Source of the DNA: Candidatus Thorarchaeota archaeon
GTDB taxonomy: Archaea > Asgardarchaeota > Thorarchaeia > Thorarchaeales > Thorarchaeaceae
NCBI GenBank assembly: GCA_046758445.1
Contig: JBHIAE010000020.1
Coordinates: forward strand, 1 to 53,917
Reading direction: 5' to 3'
DNA: 53,917 nt
The notes under the pieces were generated by a model that was not told the origin of the DNA, made no database searches, and saw nothing but the letters and a program-made list of their open reading frames with translations. Below, piece after piece: positions 1 through 9,775 of this stretch. Position numbers and translations under genes: made by a program. Position 1 is the stretch's first letter. Each line of letters starts with the position of its first letter.

Positions 1-7
1 AGTCAGC

Positions 8-1246
8 TTGCTCTGGATGTTTTGGGTGCCTCTGCTGATGGGAGTCTGGGGATTGATGGCGTTGGAGATCTACAGCCCTCTTATTGCAGCCTCGGAACTT
101 TTGCTCCCTGTATTAGCGACAGGTTTTGCAGGCCTACCTCTGTTGCTCACCGGTGTCTATGACCACAGGGCGGACGTGGTTTCTCTCTTTCGTAGAAATG
201 GTGATTTACGTCCAGGCTTTCGAAGTACGACCATGCTCATTCCACATTCTCTGATGATGTGGCTCGTTCCGTTCAGTCAGATATGGGCATGGCTAATCAT
301 AGGCATTGCTGTGGTATTTGGAATATACTGGGTACTGGATCGAGTGATGCACCTTGGAACGTCTCATGCAATGGACTACCTTCCAGTCTTTGTTTGGATC
401 AAGAGTGAAGGCTCAAAGCCGTGGAAGTTCGAAAGGGCATATTGGGACAAGTTCCACTACGAGGCAGAACGTGGAGGGAGCGAGGTCCTTTCAGACAGTC
501 AAAGAGTGCGCCTACAGATGGACAATCCATGGCACTCAGTTCGGGCAGGTGGTTACGTCACTTTCCGTCTTTGGCTCCTGAACTTCCTTCCATTAGTCCT
601 GACAGTAATTGCTCTTTGTTTCGTTGTTGCAGCAGGGAATATTGTAGCTTGGCCGAATGCCGGTCTAATATTCGTCGCCCTGTTGTTCGTCTTCGTCACG
701 CTATTGAGGAATGCGGTGAGTATCCCGTCGAAGTTGGTAACGAAGCGTGATCTTAGGTCTTTGAGCCTGCCAGAGTCCAAACGCGAACTGACTCTGAGTT
801 CAGAAGCAACGAAGAACCATCTCAGCGAAGAGCGCCTCAGGGTCCTCTGGAATCTGGTGCACAGGGTGAAGGACGAACCGGATAAGATTGACGTCAGACC
901 ACGATTTGTCGTCATCACAAAGCTACAGGACCCATTCAACTTCTACAATCATCCAGGGAACTACTATGATACCTTCCGAGACGACCTCGAGTACCTCTAT
1001 GTATACATAAACCATCGATGTAGTTTCACACCTGAGGACAGAGAAGCAGGTGCCTTAGTCAAGGAAGTAGCCCAAAGACTAGACTTCCATTATGAGCCTC
1101 AAGATATGGCTGAGCTTGAGGCGGACCCAAGGATTCAGGCAGAGATACCTGCTCGAGGCCGAATTGACGAGGCAGCCAGTCGTCGTGTAGAGAAGCTGAT
1201 AGAGAGAAGACTTGCGAAACGGAAACGCAGGCCACGAAGACGCTAG
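8..1246 (+). CDS. Multi-pass membrane protein of unknown function (probably 5'-truncated by the window edge)
   Basis: 412-aa ORF with several hydrophobic segments, soluble loops (HAMDYLPVFVW, WDKFHY, DNPWHS) and a basic tail; the frame is open to the window start. Confidence 0.7.
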   Translation: MLWMFWVPLLMGVWGLMALEIYSPLIAASELLLPVLATGFAGLPLLLTGVYDHRADVVSLFRRNGDLRPGFRSTTMLIPHSLMMWLVPFSQIWAWLIIGIAVVFGIYWVLDRVMHLGTSHAMDYLPVFVWIKSEGSKPWKFERAYWDKFHYEAERGGSEVLSDSQRVRLQMDNPWHSVRAGGYVTFRLWLLNFLPLVLTVIALCFVVAAGNIVAWPNAGLIFVALLFVFVTLLRNAVSIPSKLVTKRDLRSLSLPESKRELTLSSEATKNHLSEERLRVLWNLVHRVKDEPDKIDVRPRFVVITKLQDPFNFYNHPGNYYDTFRDDLEYLYVYINHRCSFTPEDREAGALVKEVAQRLDFHYEPQDMAELEADPRIQAEIPARGRIDEAASRRVEKLIERRLAKRKRRPRRR

Positions 1247-1530
1247 CATACCCAGTGACTCATGGATCGCCAAGTGAAGTCAATTAGCTTCAGGTAGTTG
1301 TGATAAGTCGAGTTCTAGCTCGACCAAAACTCTCATCCGTGTACTACTCGGAGACATTTCGGTCCAATACATAAGGTGATAAGCAAACTCCCGCGGCACA
1401 AGAGTGCAGGAGCACCACGAAAGAGCTGCTTTTCATATTGGTTTCTTTGAGGGTTAAATCCAACATCGCACTCCACGGAAGATCATGCTAGTTTTGTAGG
1501 ACCTGTTATTCTCAAGTGAGAGTATATACA

Positions 1531-2037
1531 ATGAGTTACAACGACACAGAGCCTATTGAGGCTACGGTGGCTGAACTGAAGCCACGTATGAAGAATGTCA
1601 CCATTTCCTTCAAGGTCATGGAGACTGGTGAAGAGCGCGAGGTCACTTCCCGTAATGACGGAGAGAGCCATCGCGTGCTAGACGCTGTAGTTGGAGATTC
1701 AACTGCAGTTGTATCTGTACCCCTCTGGGATGCAAAGATTGACGAAGTGGAGGTTGGAAACACCTACACGCTGAAGAACGGCTACACGGGTCTTTTCAGA
1801 GGCAACCTGCGACTCAACATAGGGAGATATGGAGAGCTGTCTGATGCTGATGAGGCAATAGACGAGGTCAACATGGACGTTGACATGTCTGCTGAGGAGC
1901 ATGAGGACTCGCGCCGCAGGAGCTATGGCGGCGGTGGCGGCTATGGTGGCCGTGACCGTGGCGGCGGCTACGGCGGCAGAGACCGTCGTGGTGGTGGCGG
2001 TTACGGTGGCGGCGGTCGCAACAGACGCCGGTACTAG
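1531..2037 (+). CDS. ssb: Single OB-fold ssDNA-binding protein (crenarchaeal SSB/hSSB1-like) with Gly/Arg/Tyr-rich tail
   Basis: VAELKP..NVTISFKV, VGDSTA..LWD, LKNGYT.LFRGNLRLNIGRYG OB-fold motifs; GGYGGRDR-repeat tail; ATG at 1531. Confidence 0.88.
   Translation: MSYNDTEPIEATVAELKPRMKNVTISFKVMETGEEREVTSRNDGESHRVLDAVVGDSTAVVSVPLWDAKIDEVEVGNTYTLKNGYTGLFRGNLRLNIGRYGELSDADEAIDEVNMDVDMSAEEHEDSRRRSYGGGGGYGGRDRGGGYGGRDRRGGGGYGGGGRNRRRY
1912..2034 (+). repeat. Low-complexity coding repeat (GGGGYGGRDR-like units) in the SSB tail
   Basis: Three imperfect GGYGG(RDR) units, rich in GGN codons. Confidence 0.85.
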
Positions 2038-2065
2038 AAGCCACTGACGACACTCACAATCCTAT

Positions 2066-2112
2066 GCAACTCACAGTAGTTGCGAGAACGGGCAATAAAT
2101 TGATTGCTCGTT
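2066..2112 (+). terminator. Two hairpins and a T-rich tract downstream of ssb (possible terminator or 3' UTR structure)
   Basis: gcaact-N6-agttgc and aacgggcaat-N6-attgctcgtt followed by ctctttctattattc. Confidence 0.4.
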
Positions 2113-2451
2113 ACACTCTTTCTATTATTCTCTGGCTGAATGTGCATTGTAAGAGAGAGCATTTACTCTCTTATGCAGCTACCACTCTTCGATAACGCCA
2201 CGTGCCGCACGAACGTGTATTCGAGAGTCGTAATCGGGGTCGAGTTTGCTCTGGGCCGGGTATTCATCAAGCCGCAGCTGTTCCCTCAATATCTTTCCAC
2301 ATCTGACATCATTTGTAGAAACTACATCAAGGAAGGAAAGGTTTCACAGGAAGACCTTCAGTTCTAGGAAGAATACACTTTCTGTGTGTCGTAAGCCATA
2401 TAACGAGGGCACTTCTAGCGCACGTATCGTCTAGGCTCAGGAGTGTGAGAG

Positions 2452-3777
2452 TTGAGCGACCACAAGAAGCTTTACGATCAGGTCTTTGATCTTTTGGAGA
2501 AACATGATACATGGATGCAGAACACCATTAATCTAATTGCATCAGAGAACATTTCATCGCCTGCTGTAAGGTCGGCCATAGTATGTGACTTCCGGGACCG
2601 CTATGCGGAGGGCTGGCCAGGGGAGAGAGTCTACGCTGGTTGCAAGTACATCGACGAGGTTGAGCTGATAACAATCGACCTGGCGAAGAAGCTGTTCAAA
2701 GCTGAGTTCGCGGATGTCCGGCCGATCTCGGGAGTAGTCGCAAACCTAGCGATGTACACTGCAGCGATGGAGCCGGGCGAAAGAATGATGGCGCTCTCAA
2801 TCGCGCATGGTGGCCACATCTCTCATGCAAGGAAGAGCCTTGGTGGGACGGCTGGTGCTATCAGAGGGCACAAGGTTCGTAACTGGGTCTTTGACGACAA
2901 GGAGTTCAACATTGACGTTGATGCCAGTATGAGGCTGATCAAGAAGCTTCATGACAGAGGGGACGAGATCAAGTTCCTGCTTTTCGGCGGCAGCGTCTTC
3001 CCATTCCCACACCCAGTCAAGGAATTCCGCGATATCGCAGACGAGTACGGAATGACGATTGGCTACGACTCGGCTCATGTTTCTGGCCTTATTGCAGCGG
3101 GACGGTTCCAGGACCCATTGAGGGAAGGTGCCGACATTATTACGGCTTCCACTCATAAGACAATGCCTGGTCCTCAACATGGGTTCTGCATCGTGGCTAA
3201 CGAAGATCTCATAGAGCCGGTGAAAAGAGCATCATTTCCTGGATTATTGAGCAACCATCACCTGCACAATGTTGCCGGACTTGCCGTTGTTCTTGCTGAG
3301 ATGATGGAATTCGGTGTCGAGTACTCAGATCAGATATTGAAGAATGCAAAAGCTCTAGCTCGGTCTTTGCACGAAAGAGGTTGGAGCGTGATAGCTGAAC
3401 ACAAGGACTTCACCGAGTCTCACACTATCCTCGTGGATGTGACGGAAACTCCAATGAAAGATGGTAGAACAGTGGAGGAGCAACTTGAAGACGCGAATGT
3501 AGTAATCAATAGGAATCTCTTACCATGGGACAAGAAAAGGGGTAGAGACTACACAAAGCCTGGTGGTATCAGATTAGGGACAAGTGAGATGACAAGGCTC
3601 GGAATGAAAGAATCTGAGATGGACTTTATTGCTGAGTTCATGACTCGCGTTGTGATGAAGGGTGACGACATCAAGATCGTCGCGGCAGATGTTTCAGAGT
3701 TTCGCAAGGACTACCAGAAGGTGCACTATGCCTTCGACACCGAAACTGACGCTTATGCACACCTGAGATTCAAGTAG
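2452..3777 (+). CDS. glyA: Serine hydroxymethyltransferase
   Basis: INLIASEN, YAEG.PG.R.Y.GC, GGHISH, STHKT PLP-lysine motif, GIRLGT. Confidence 0.97.
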   Translation: MSDHKKLYDQVFDLLEKHDTWMQNTINLIASENISSPAVRSAIVCDFRDRYAEGWPGERVYAGCKYIDEVELITIDLAKKLFKAEFADVRPISGVVANLAMYTAAMEPGERMMALSIAHGGHISHARKSLGGTAGAIRGHKVRNWVFDDKEFNIDVDASMRLIKKLHDRGDEIKFLLFGGSVFPFPHPVKEFRDIADEYGMTIGYDSAHVSGLIAAGRFQDPLREGADIITASTHKTMPGPQHGFCIVANEDLIEPVKRASFPGLLSNHHLHNVAGLAVVLAEMMEFGVEYSDQILKNAKALARSLHERGWSVIAEHKDFTESHTILVDVTETPMKDGRTVEEQLEDANVVINRNLLPWDKKRGRDYTKPGGIRLGTSEMTRLGMKESEMDFIAEFMTRVVMKGDDIKIVAADVSEFRKDYQKVHYAFDTETDAYAHLRFK

Positions 3778-3809
3778 GGCCTATGTTCTTGTAGGCCCAT
3801 CTCCGAGGG

Positions 3810-4112
3810 ATGAGAATGGACACCAGAGAAGCACAGGACATGATGCGAAGAATCTACTTCAAAAGAGATGAAGCGAGAGGCGTTGAGAGGACACTCCTGC
3901 GGACTTTCCATGAACTTGGAGAGCTCAGTGACGCGGTTCTAAGGGAGAAGGGCCCTGAAGCAATCAATGATGAGATGGCGGACGTCTTCGCTTGGCTGTG
4001 TTCATTGGCCAATCTTCTTGACGTTGATCTCTCGGAGGCGCTGGTCAAGAAGTACAATAACGTGTGTTCAAGATGCGGTGAGTCGCCCTGTGTATGTACG
4101 GATGCGCCGTAA
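3810..4112 (+). CDS. MazG-like nucleotide pyrophosphohydrolase with C-terminal Cys cluster
   Basis: ELGELSDAV...DEMADVFAWLCSLANLL, C-terminal CxxC..PCxC. Confidence 0.88.
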   Translation: MRMDTREAQDMMRRIYFKRDEARGVERTLLRTFHELGELSDAVLREKGPEAINDEMADVFAWLCSLANLLDVDLSEALVKKYNNVCSRCGESPCVCTDAP

Positions 4113-4192
4113 GGTCAAAAAGCATCTTTGATATGTCGGAAGGATTAAAAACTCAGGACTGGCTTTGTTGGCCATCCAGGAGATGCAATGGG

Positions 4193-4390
4193 ATGCCAAA
4201 GACCACCAAGAAACGTAGGAAGAAGAAAGGGGAGGGCCCAATGCCCTCGGGTGGCGCCGGTCTAATCCGCTTCTTTGAGGACGAAACGCCTGGAGTGAAG
4301 GTAGGTCCGACTTTGGTGGTAATATTCGCAGCGATAGTCGTAGCCGTGACCATCATTGCTCACATTGCAGATGGATTCGGCCTGATCTAG
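4193..4390 (+). CDS. secG: Protein translocase subunit Sec61beta (archaeal SecG)
   Basis: Basic N-terminus, GAGLIRFFEDETPGVKVGP followed by one TM helix; ATG at 4193. Confidence 0.93.
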   Translation: MPKTTKKRRKKKGEGPMPSGGAGLIRFFEDETPGVKVGPTLVVIFAAIVVAVTIIAHIADGFGLI

Positions 4391-4699
4391 TGCGTCGTGC
4401 GCCACAGCTCCATTGTGACATGCCGTTCATTGTAAGTTGGACTGACTTGGACACGGGAGTGATGTCCTCCCAGAAACGGCACTGGGATGAACTCCCTGAG
4501 GTCGGAGAACGTGTCGAGTTAACCTCAAGTTGTTGTTCAGGAACTGAGTATGAAAGCACGTCACCGAAGTGTCCTTGTTGGTTCAACAGTCTTCTAATAA
4601 ATGTCTGACTTTGTCCAAGTTCTCTGCAGCTGTTGGATACCTTAAGGATTATAAAGAACTGAGGGTCGAGTCCCAAGGCCCAAGACTGGTGACTCTCAC

Positions 4700-4981
4700 A
4701 TGAAGATCAAGAGCGAGATGAACAAGTACTGTCCGCGATGCAGAAAGTACACTGTCCACGCCATATCAACGTACAAGAAGGGCAAGGACCGAAGTCTAGC
4801 TGAGGGCAGGCGCAGAATGGACAGGAAGACCAAGGGATATGGGTCGTTTCCGAAACCGATCCAGAAACGCTTTGCCAAGACGACAAAGAAGACCGTGCTC
4901 AACTACAAGTGCAATGAGTGCGACTACATAGTGCAGTCTAAGAGCATGAGACTGAAGAAAGTGGAAGTACAGCGTACGTAG
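4700..4981 (+). CDS. rpl44e: 50S ribosomal protein L44e (eL42)
   Basis: YCPRCRKYTVH...YKKGK...GYG...KTTKK...CNEC. Confidence 0.97.
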   Translation: MKIKSEMNKYCPRCRKYTVHAISTYKKGKDRSLAEGRRRMDRKTKGYGSFPKPIQKRFAKTTKKTVLNYKCNECDYIVQSKSMRLKKVEVQRT

Positions 4982-4990
4982 GTGATTTGA

Positions 4991-5191
4991 TTGACGAAAG
5001 GAGAGATTGTTCAACAGCCCCGGTCACGGTTTCTGAAAGTCAAGTGTCTTGAATGTGAGAATGAGCAGATAATCTTCGCACATGCATCGACTGAGGTAAA
5101 GTGTCTGAGTTGCGACAAGGTCTTGGCTCGACCTAGCGGCGGTAGAGCCAAGCTAGAGGACATAGCCAGAGAGATTGACCAGTACTCATGA
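4991..5191 (+). CDS. rps27e: 30S ribosomal protein S27e
   Basis: PRSRFLKVKC..C.NEQIIF.HAST.VKC..C...LARPSGG. Confidence 0.97.
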   Translation: MTKGEIVQQPRSRFLKVKCLECENEQIIFAHASTEVKCLSCDKVLARPSGGRAKLEDIAREIDQYS

Positions 5192-5282
5192 AAATGGTCG
5201 TTCCGACTGTTGTCTTGTGGGTGTCGTCCTCCCAAATCTATATTAGCGCAGCCTTTGGGTTCCCCCAGAAGGAGTACAAACA

Positions 5283-6077
5283 ATGGTCTTGAAACGTGCT
5301 GAATGGCCAGAACCGGATGAATACGCTGTGGCAGTAGCTTCTAAGGTGGCCGGTTATGGTGCATATGTGACACTTCCAGAGTACGGTATGAAGGAGGGGT
5401 TCATTCACATCTCAGAGATAAGCAGCACGTGGGTAAGGAACATTCGTAACCACATTCAAGAGAATCAACGGGTCGTTGTGAGAGTTCTTCAAGTTGACAA
5501 GCAGAAGAAACACATTGACTGTTCTCTCAGAAGGGTTTCTACTGAGGCGAAGAGAGCAAAGAACAACGAGTGGAAACGTGCTCAGAAGGCTGAGAGACTG
5601 CTGGAGCTCATTGCACGAGAGAATGGCGTTGCTCTTGAAGTGATCTATCAGAAGATAGGATGGCCTCTTGAGAATGCCTTCGGTGAGATATACAGGGCCC
5701 TAGAGGTAGCTGCCGACACTGGCGTTGAAGCTTTTGAGAATGTCCAGGCCACAAAGAAGCTAAAGAAGCAAGTGGCTGATCTCGCAAAAGCTAGGATCGA
5801 GATTCCCTCCGTCGAGATTGAGGGGGAGATGAAGATACTTGTGCCAGGACCTGAAGGAGTAGAGGTGATTAAGAAGGCGCTATCAGATGGACTCAGCAAG
5901 AAGGAGTCCAAGGACAAGTCTGACATTGAGATCTACACCCTTGGTTCACCGCGTTACAAGCTGCGCATCACCAGTCCCGACTACAGGGAGGCTGAAGAAC
6001 TACTATCCGACGTTCTCGGAACCGTCACTAAGGCTGTGGAAGGCAAGAATGGAACTATAGACTTCGAGCGGAAGTAG
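5283..6077 (+). CDS. eif2a: Translation initiation factor 2 subunit alpha
   Basis: S1 domain YGAYV.L.EY...EGFIHISEIS, IDCSLRRV, GSPRYK; conserved L44e-S27e-aIF2a-Nop10 order. Confidence 0.96.
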   Translation: MVLKRAEWPEPDEYAVAVASKVAGYGAYVTLPEYGMKEGFIHISEISSTWVRNIRNHIQENQRVVVRVLQVDKQKKHIDCSLRRVSTEAKRAKNNEWKRAQKAERLLELIARENGVALEVIYQKIGWPLENAFGEIYRALEVAADTGVEAFENVQATKKLKKQVADLAKARIEIPSVEIEGEMKILVPGPEGVEVIKKALSDGLSKKESKDKSDIEIYTLGSPRYKLRITSPDYREAEELLSDVLGTVTKAVEGKNGTIDFERK

Positions 6078-6086
6078 TGATTGGTC

Positions 6087-6260
6087 ATGACTCGCCTCTT
6101 CAAGTGCAGGGCATGTGGACATTACACCCTTGAGAGTCGGGATTGTCCTAGGTGTGGAGAGTCTGTGGTAACGCCGCATCCTCCTAAGTACAGCCCTCAA
6201 GACCGGTACGGTGAATACCGTAGGAAGGCAAAGAAGAGGGCAAGACTACATTATGAGTAG
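6087..6260 (+). CDS. nop10: H/ACA RNP protein Nop10 (57 aa; below the ORF-track cutoff)
   Basis: Manual translation MTRLFKCRACGHYTLESRDCPRCGESVVTPHPPKYSPQDRYGEYRRKAKKRARLHYE; expected position after aIF2alpha. Confidence 0.95.
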   Translation: MTRLFKCRACGHYTLESRDCPRCGESVVTPHPPKYSPQDRYGEYRRKAKKRARLHYE

Positions 6261-6326
6261 GAATAGGCCACCTGAGAGATTCATATGGCGATTGATGGGT
6301 TGAACAGTTGCCGAATCTGCGCTATA

Positions 6327-9080
6327 TCAGTACAGCTGCACTTCAGCCCAGACCGTAGTCCAGTCTGAGTCGAATGTCGGTTCGCCCGAGTTCACGTTGT
6401 TCCAGAACAACAGCCGGAGCTCATAGTTCATCCCGGGGTGGATGGCAATATCCTGGGGACTGTTTTCGTCCATTTGAAGGTAGAACTCAATCACATTGTC
6501 GCCAGTAGCAAACTCGGTAGCGTTCACTTGACCCGAGTCCGCAACCCAAGAACCGTCGAAGGCCACATGTCCGTCAAAGAACTCTTGACCATTGTAGTTC
6601 ACGAACCGTAGGTCAGAGTCTTCAGGTGAGCCAGTTGGTGCCAGCTGGATTCCGAAGGAGTCTTCTCCCAAAGTGTAGTTGTCCATGTGAATTCCATAGT
6701 AGACATGAGATGAGCTGACGCCCGTGTAGACTGTTGCCCTGTAACCGCCACCGAAGACGACTTCGTAGCTGCTCAGAGCCTTCTCACTGTCCGAGAGAAC
6801 ACCGTCCATTTCGACATCGATTAGGTCTCCTATACCAGATATCCAGTCGGCTGAGGTCCGGTTCAGGTACTGATAATACATGGTGTAGTCAATCTCGTAG
6901 ATCTTCACGGTTCCGTAGGTAGAACTGACGTAGGGCCCCTTGAAAGCGCCATGAAGATCAACGGGCATGTGAGCAAGCCACTCTTCGTCTTGGAGGTACA
7001 CGCGGTCGAGTTGAAGTCTGTCAACCGTGAGGCCCATCTGTTGAGCGTCTTCCTCACTCAGTGGTTCTCCGTAGACCATGAGCTTGTAGATTGTGGAGTC
7101 ATAGAACGCATCAAGCGTGTACTCTTCCTCGACAACGTCCGGTGTGTCTGGATTGTCACCTAGGTACCAGGCATCGTCAATCAACTGGCTTCCGAACCTA
7201 TCCTCAGCAATCCGGACCATCCAGGGCCATTTGCCGTCGTCACCGCCCAGTGCAGTCCGATGACCATAGAACACTAGCACGTGCGTGGCATCCCAAAGCT
7301 TGAACGTCTTTAGCGATTCCGTCAGATTCAGTGCCACCATTGCGTAGCCCATCAGGGCGATTTGTGTTCCATTCCACGTAGCATTATCCACTATCGTGAA
7401 CGCTCCTCCGGCGGAGTTTATCCAGTAGCCATAGTCCCACCAACTGGCAATGACTGCAGTATCGGGTAAGACATCACGGATGTAGGTCATAGATGTCTGC
7501 CAGTCAGTGATGATTTGTCCTGAAGAGAGCGTGCCCGCAGCAAACTCCGGACTACCTGCGAAGTCTGTGACATACTGTGTACCCAGTATCACGTTCACGG
7601 AGAGTAGAAGCCCTAAGAATGCAAAGGCTGCGATTGCGTGTTCTGACGTCAGAGAGGAGCTCATCCGGAAGCGCCGCCTCTCAAACACCGACTTCTGGGT
7701 GACTACTTTGCCGAATGGAGATAGTATGCCATTCACTGCAACAGCTGACAGCACTGCAGCACCTGGAGCCAGAATCAGGCTAAGGCGAATCATACTGCCT
7801 GCGAAGTAGACGGTCGTCAGTCCGTAAAGGAACATGAGATAGTCTTCATCTCGTCCGCGCCTAAACAGGAAGTACATGCCCAAAGGGAAGACAAACATGA
7901 GAAGGTTGAGGGTGTGATAAAAGCTACCCCAAGGAGTTGGGAGATGCTCCGCGACTGAGGCAAAGACACGTTGATCAAGACGGTAGAACGGATTGATTAC
8001 TGTGAGAAACTTGCCACCAATGAGCACTATGGGATTGGAGGTGTAAGGGCGGATTGAGAGGTCTAGAGTGTTCGTGTATGCAAGGTAGGCTGCCACTCCA
8101 GCTACTGGTGTGACAAGACTCAGAAGGATTGGTTTCATATGAGGAGCAAGTGCAGTGACTGTAGCCTTCCGGTAGCTCTCAATCCTCTGCCAAATCTCAT
8201 ATCCTGCAAGCAATGCACCGATGCCTATCGGCGCCAGGATGGATAGCGAAGTCAGATTGCCAAATCCGTTTCGTGGAACTAGACCTCCGATGAACATCCC
8301 AAGTGCTATGGTAATGAGATACGAGTTAAGCAATCGTCTACTGTAACGACCCGAAACTAGCATTAGAAAGGCAAAGAGTGCGAATAGATTGACAAGGAAC
8401 TCTGCAGCACCCCATGATGCTTGGAGATACCCCAATACGAGGCCGGCTCCAACGCCGGAAAGAACTGATCCGCGTTTGAGACTTCTGATGAACAAGTACG
8501 TGGAGAGCACAATTGCAAAGACGCCTACACACTCGTTGTCATAGAAGCCCACTATTGTTCTCTGTATGAAGGCAGGAATAAACGCCAAGAATAGTGCGCT
8601 CAGAAGGCCCACCGTGTTGTTCGATAGCTCTCGCCCGAGGAGGAACACTGCAATAGCGGTCAGAGCGCCCATGAAAGCGGGCATGATTAGAGACACATAC
8701 AGAATGTCAGCACCGATACCCAATCCGTTCAGGATGAAGTAGAAGAAAGCGCTCGTAAAGGGTACTCCGATGAAGCTGCTTGTGGTCATGTCGCGTCCCC
8801 ATGGGACCCATGTTGTTTCGTCAAACCATGTGAAGAATGCCCCATACCCATTGTCGACAACATACTCTGTCACTTTCAGTTGGAACCATGGGTCAAACGC
8901 CCGTACAACAGGCTGTGAATTGAGGAGAGGTAACAGACGCAACACAAATGCTGCAAAGAATATGATGACAAGTGCAAGGACGAGAATCACGGAGCCGCGC
9001 GATATCTTTGCCTTTGGCCTGCGGAAGACCTGTTTCAGGAATCTTCCAGCAGATCGTTTGAACCTATCATATTTAGACAT
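6327..9080 (-). CDS. aglB: Oligosaccharyltransferase catalytic subunit STT3/AglB (eukaryote-like) with extra C-terminal domain
   Basis: FDPWF, GFYDNE, SVAEH, WWDYG, DNATWN and DDGKWPWMVRIA motifs; many TM helices. Confidence 0.96.
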   Translation of the reverse strand: MSKYDRFKRSAGRFLKQVFRRPKAKISRGSVILVLALVIIFFAAFVLRLLPLLNSQPVVRAFDPWFQLKVTEYVVDNGYGAFFTWFDETTWVPWGRDMTTSSFIGVPFTSAFFYFILNGLGIGADILYVSLIMPAFMGALTAIAVFLLGRELSNNTVGLLSALFLAFIPAFIQRTIVGFYDNECVGVFAIVLSTYLFIRSLKRGSVLSGVGAGLVLGYLQASWGAAEFLVNLFALFAFLMLVSGRYSRRLLNSYLITIALGMFIGGLVPRNGFGNLTSLSILAPIGIGALLAGYEIWQRIESYRKATVTALAPHMKPILLSLVTPVAGVAAYLAYTNTLDLSIRPYTSNPIVLIGGKFLTVINPFYRLDQRVFASVAEHLPTPWGSFYHTLNLLMFVFPLGMYFLFRRGRDEDYLMFLYGLTTVYFAGSMIRLSLILAPGAAVLSAVAVNGILSPFGKVVTQKSVFERRRFRMSSSLTSEHAIAAFAFLGLLLSVNVILGTQYVTDFAGSPEFAAGTLSSGQIITDWQTSMTYIRDVLPDTAVIASWWDYGYWINSAGGAFTIVDNATWNGTQIALMGYAMVALNLTESLKTFKLWDATHVLVFYGHRTALGGDDGKWPWMVRIAEDRFGSQLIDDAWYLGDNPDTPDVVEEEYTLDAFYDSTIYKLMVYGEPLSEEDAQQMGLTVDRLQLDRVYLQDEEWLAHMPVDLHGAFKGPYVSSTYGTVKIYEIDYTMYYQYLNRTSADWISGIGDLIDVEMDGVLSDSEKALSSYEVVFGGGYRATVYTGVSSSHVYYGIHMDNYTLGEDSFGIQLAPTGSPEDSDLRFVNYNGQEFFDGHVAFDGSWVADSGQVNATEFATGDNVIEFYLQMDENSPQDIAIHPGMNYELRLLFWNNVNSGEPTFDSDWTTVWAEVQLY

Positions 9081-9328
9081 TTGGAGTGTTCTCTCCGTAC
9101 TGACTCGAGGTCATCCGAGCAAATCTAGGTTGTGCTAAAAAGGTTGCTGTTAGTATTACTACTGTACAAGTCCTTCAGGGTGTCAGAAATCACGCCTGGC
9201 ATCGACAAGGACTTGTGTCCATTTGACCAAAGTGTCAACCAAGAAGATGATTAGCGGGAACCGATTCTTGAGGGCAGAATCGGAGCTTTCTTAGCTCACC
9301 TCAGCTCCAGTCTGAGTATTAGACGACT

Positions 9329-9739
9329 CTATTCAGACTCAGTGAATTCGATATAGGCTGCCGCGTCCATTAGAGCCTTGAGGTCTTCATCAAGGTTTGA
9401 TGGTTTGATCTTCATCATCCAGCCCTTTCCATACGGATCCTCGTTTACAAGCTCCGGAGCGTCCTCAAGTTTCGTGTTGACCTCGGCCACTTCTCCAGAA
9501 ACAGGGGAGAAGATGTCAGATGATGCCTTCATTGATTCGACTAGTCCGCATTCTACATTGGCCTCCACTGTCGAACCAGCCTCAGGGAGCTCTACGAACG
9601 TTATCTCATGAAGTGCGTTCTGTGCGTAGTCAGTGATGCCCACAATCACAAGGTCGCCCTCGACTTTGACCCATTCGTGGTCTTTGCTGTACATGAGGTC
9701 TTTTGGAGTCTTGAGTGTGTCCTCGCTCATTTTGGTCAC
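9329..9739 (-). CDS. gcvH: Glycine cleavage system H protein
   Basis: YSKDHEWV, GITDYAQ, VESMKA lipoyl-Lys, VNEDPYGKGW. Confidence 0.96.
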   Translation of the reverse strand: MTKMSEDTLKTPKDLMYSKDHEWVKVEGDLVIVGITDYAQNALHEITFVELPEAGSTVEANVECGLVESMKASSDIFSPVSGEVAEVNTKLEDAPELVNEDPYGKGWMMKIKPSNLDEDLKALMDAAAYIEFTESE

Positions 9740-9775
9740 AAATCGACTGCGGAGGCAAGCACCTAATGAATCCTT

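Noticed and set aside
2140-2434. Short ORFs (75, 62 and 61 aa) in the ssb-glyA gap
   Set aside because: No recognisable motif or clear start signals; cannot be supported, although the gap is unexplained
4390-4608. 72-aa Cys-containing ORF ending in TGA near a SECIS-like hairpin (selenoprotein idea)
   Set aside because: The hairpin lacks proper SECIS helix-2 geometry, lies inside the ORF, and readthrough gives no recognisable selenoprotein
5283-6077. Ser51-equivalent phosphorylation site in aIF2alpha (ISEISS) as a eukaryotic signature
   Set aside because: An equivalent Ser occurs in other archaea, and the eukaryotic RRR context is absent
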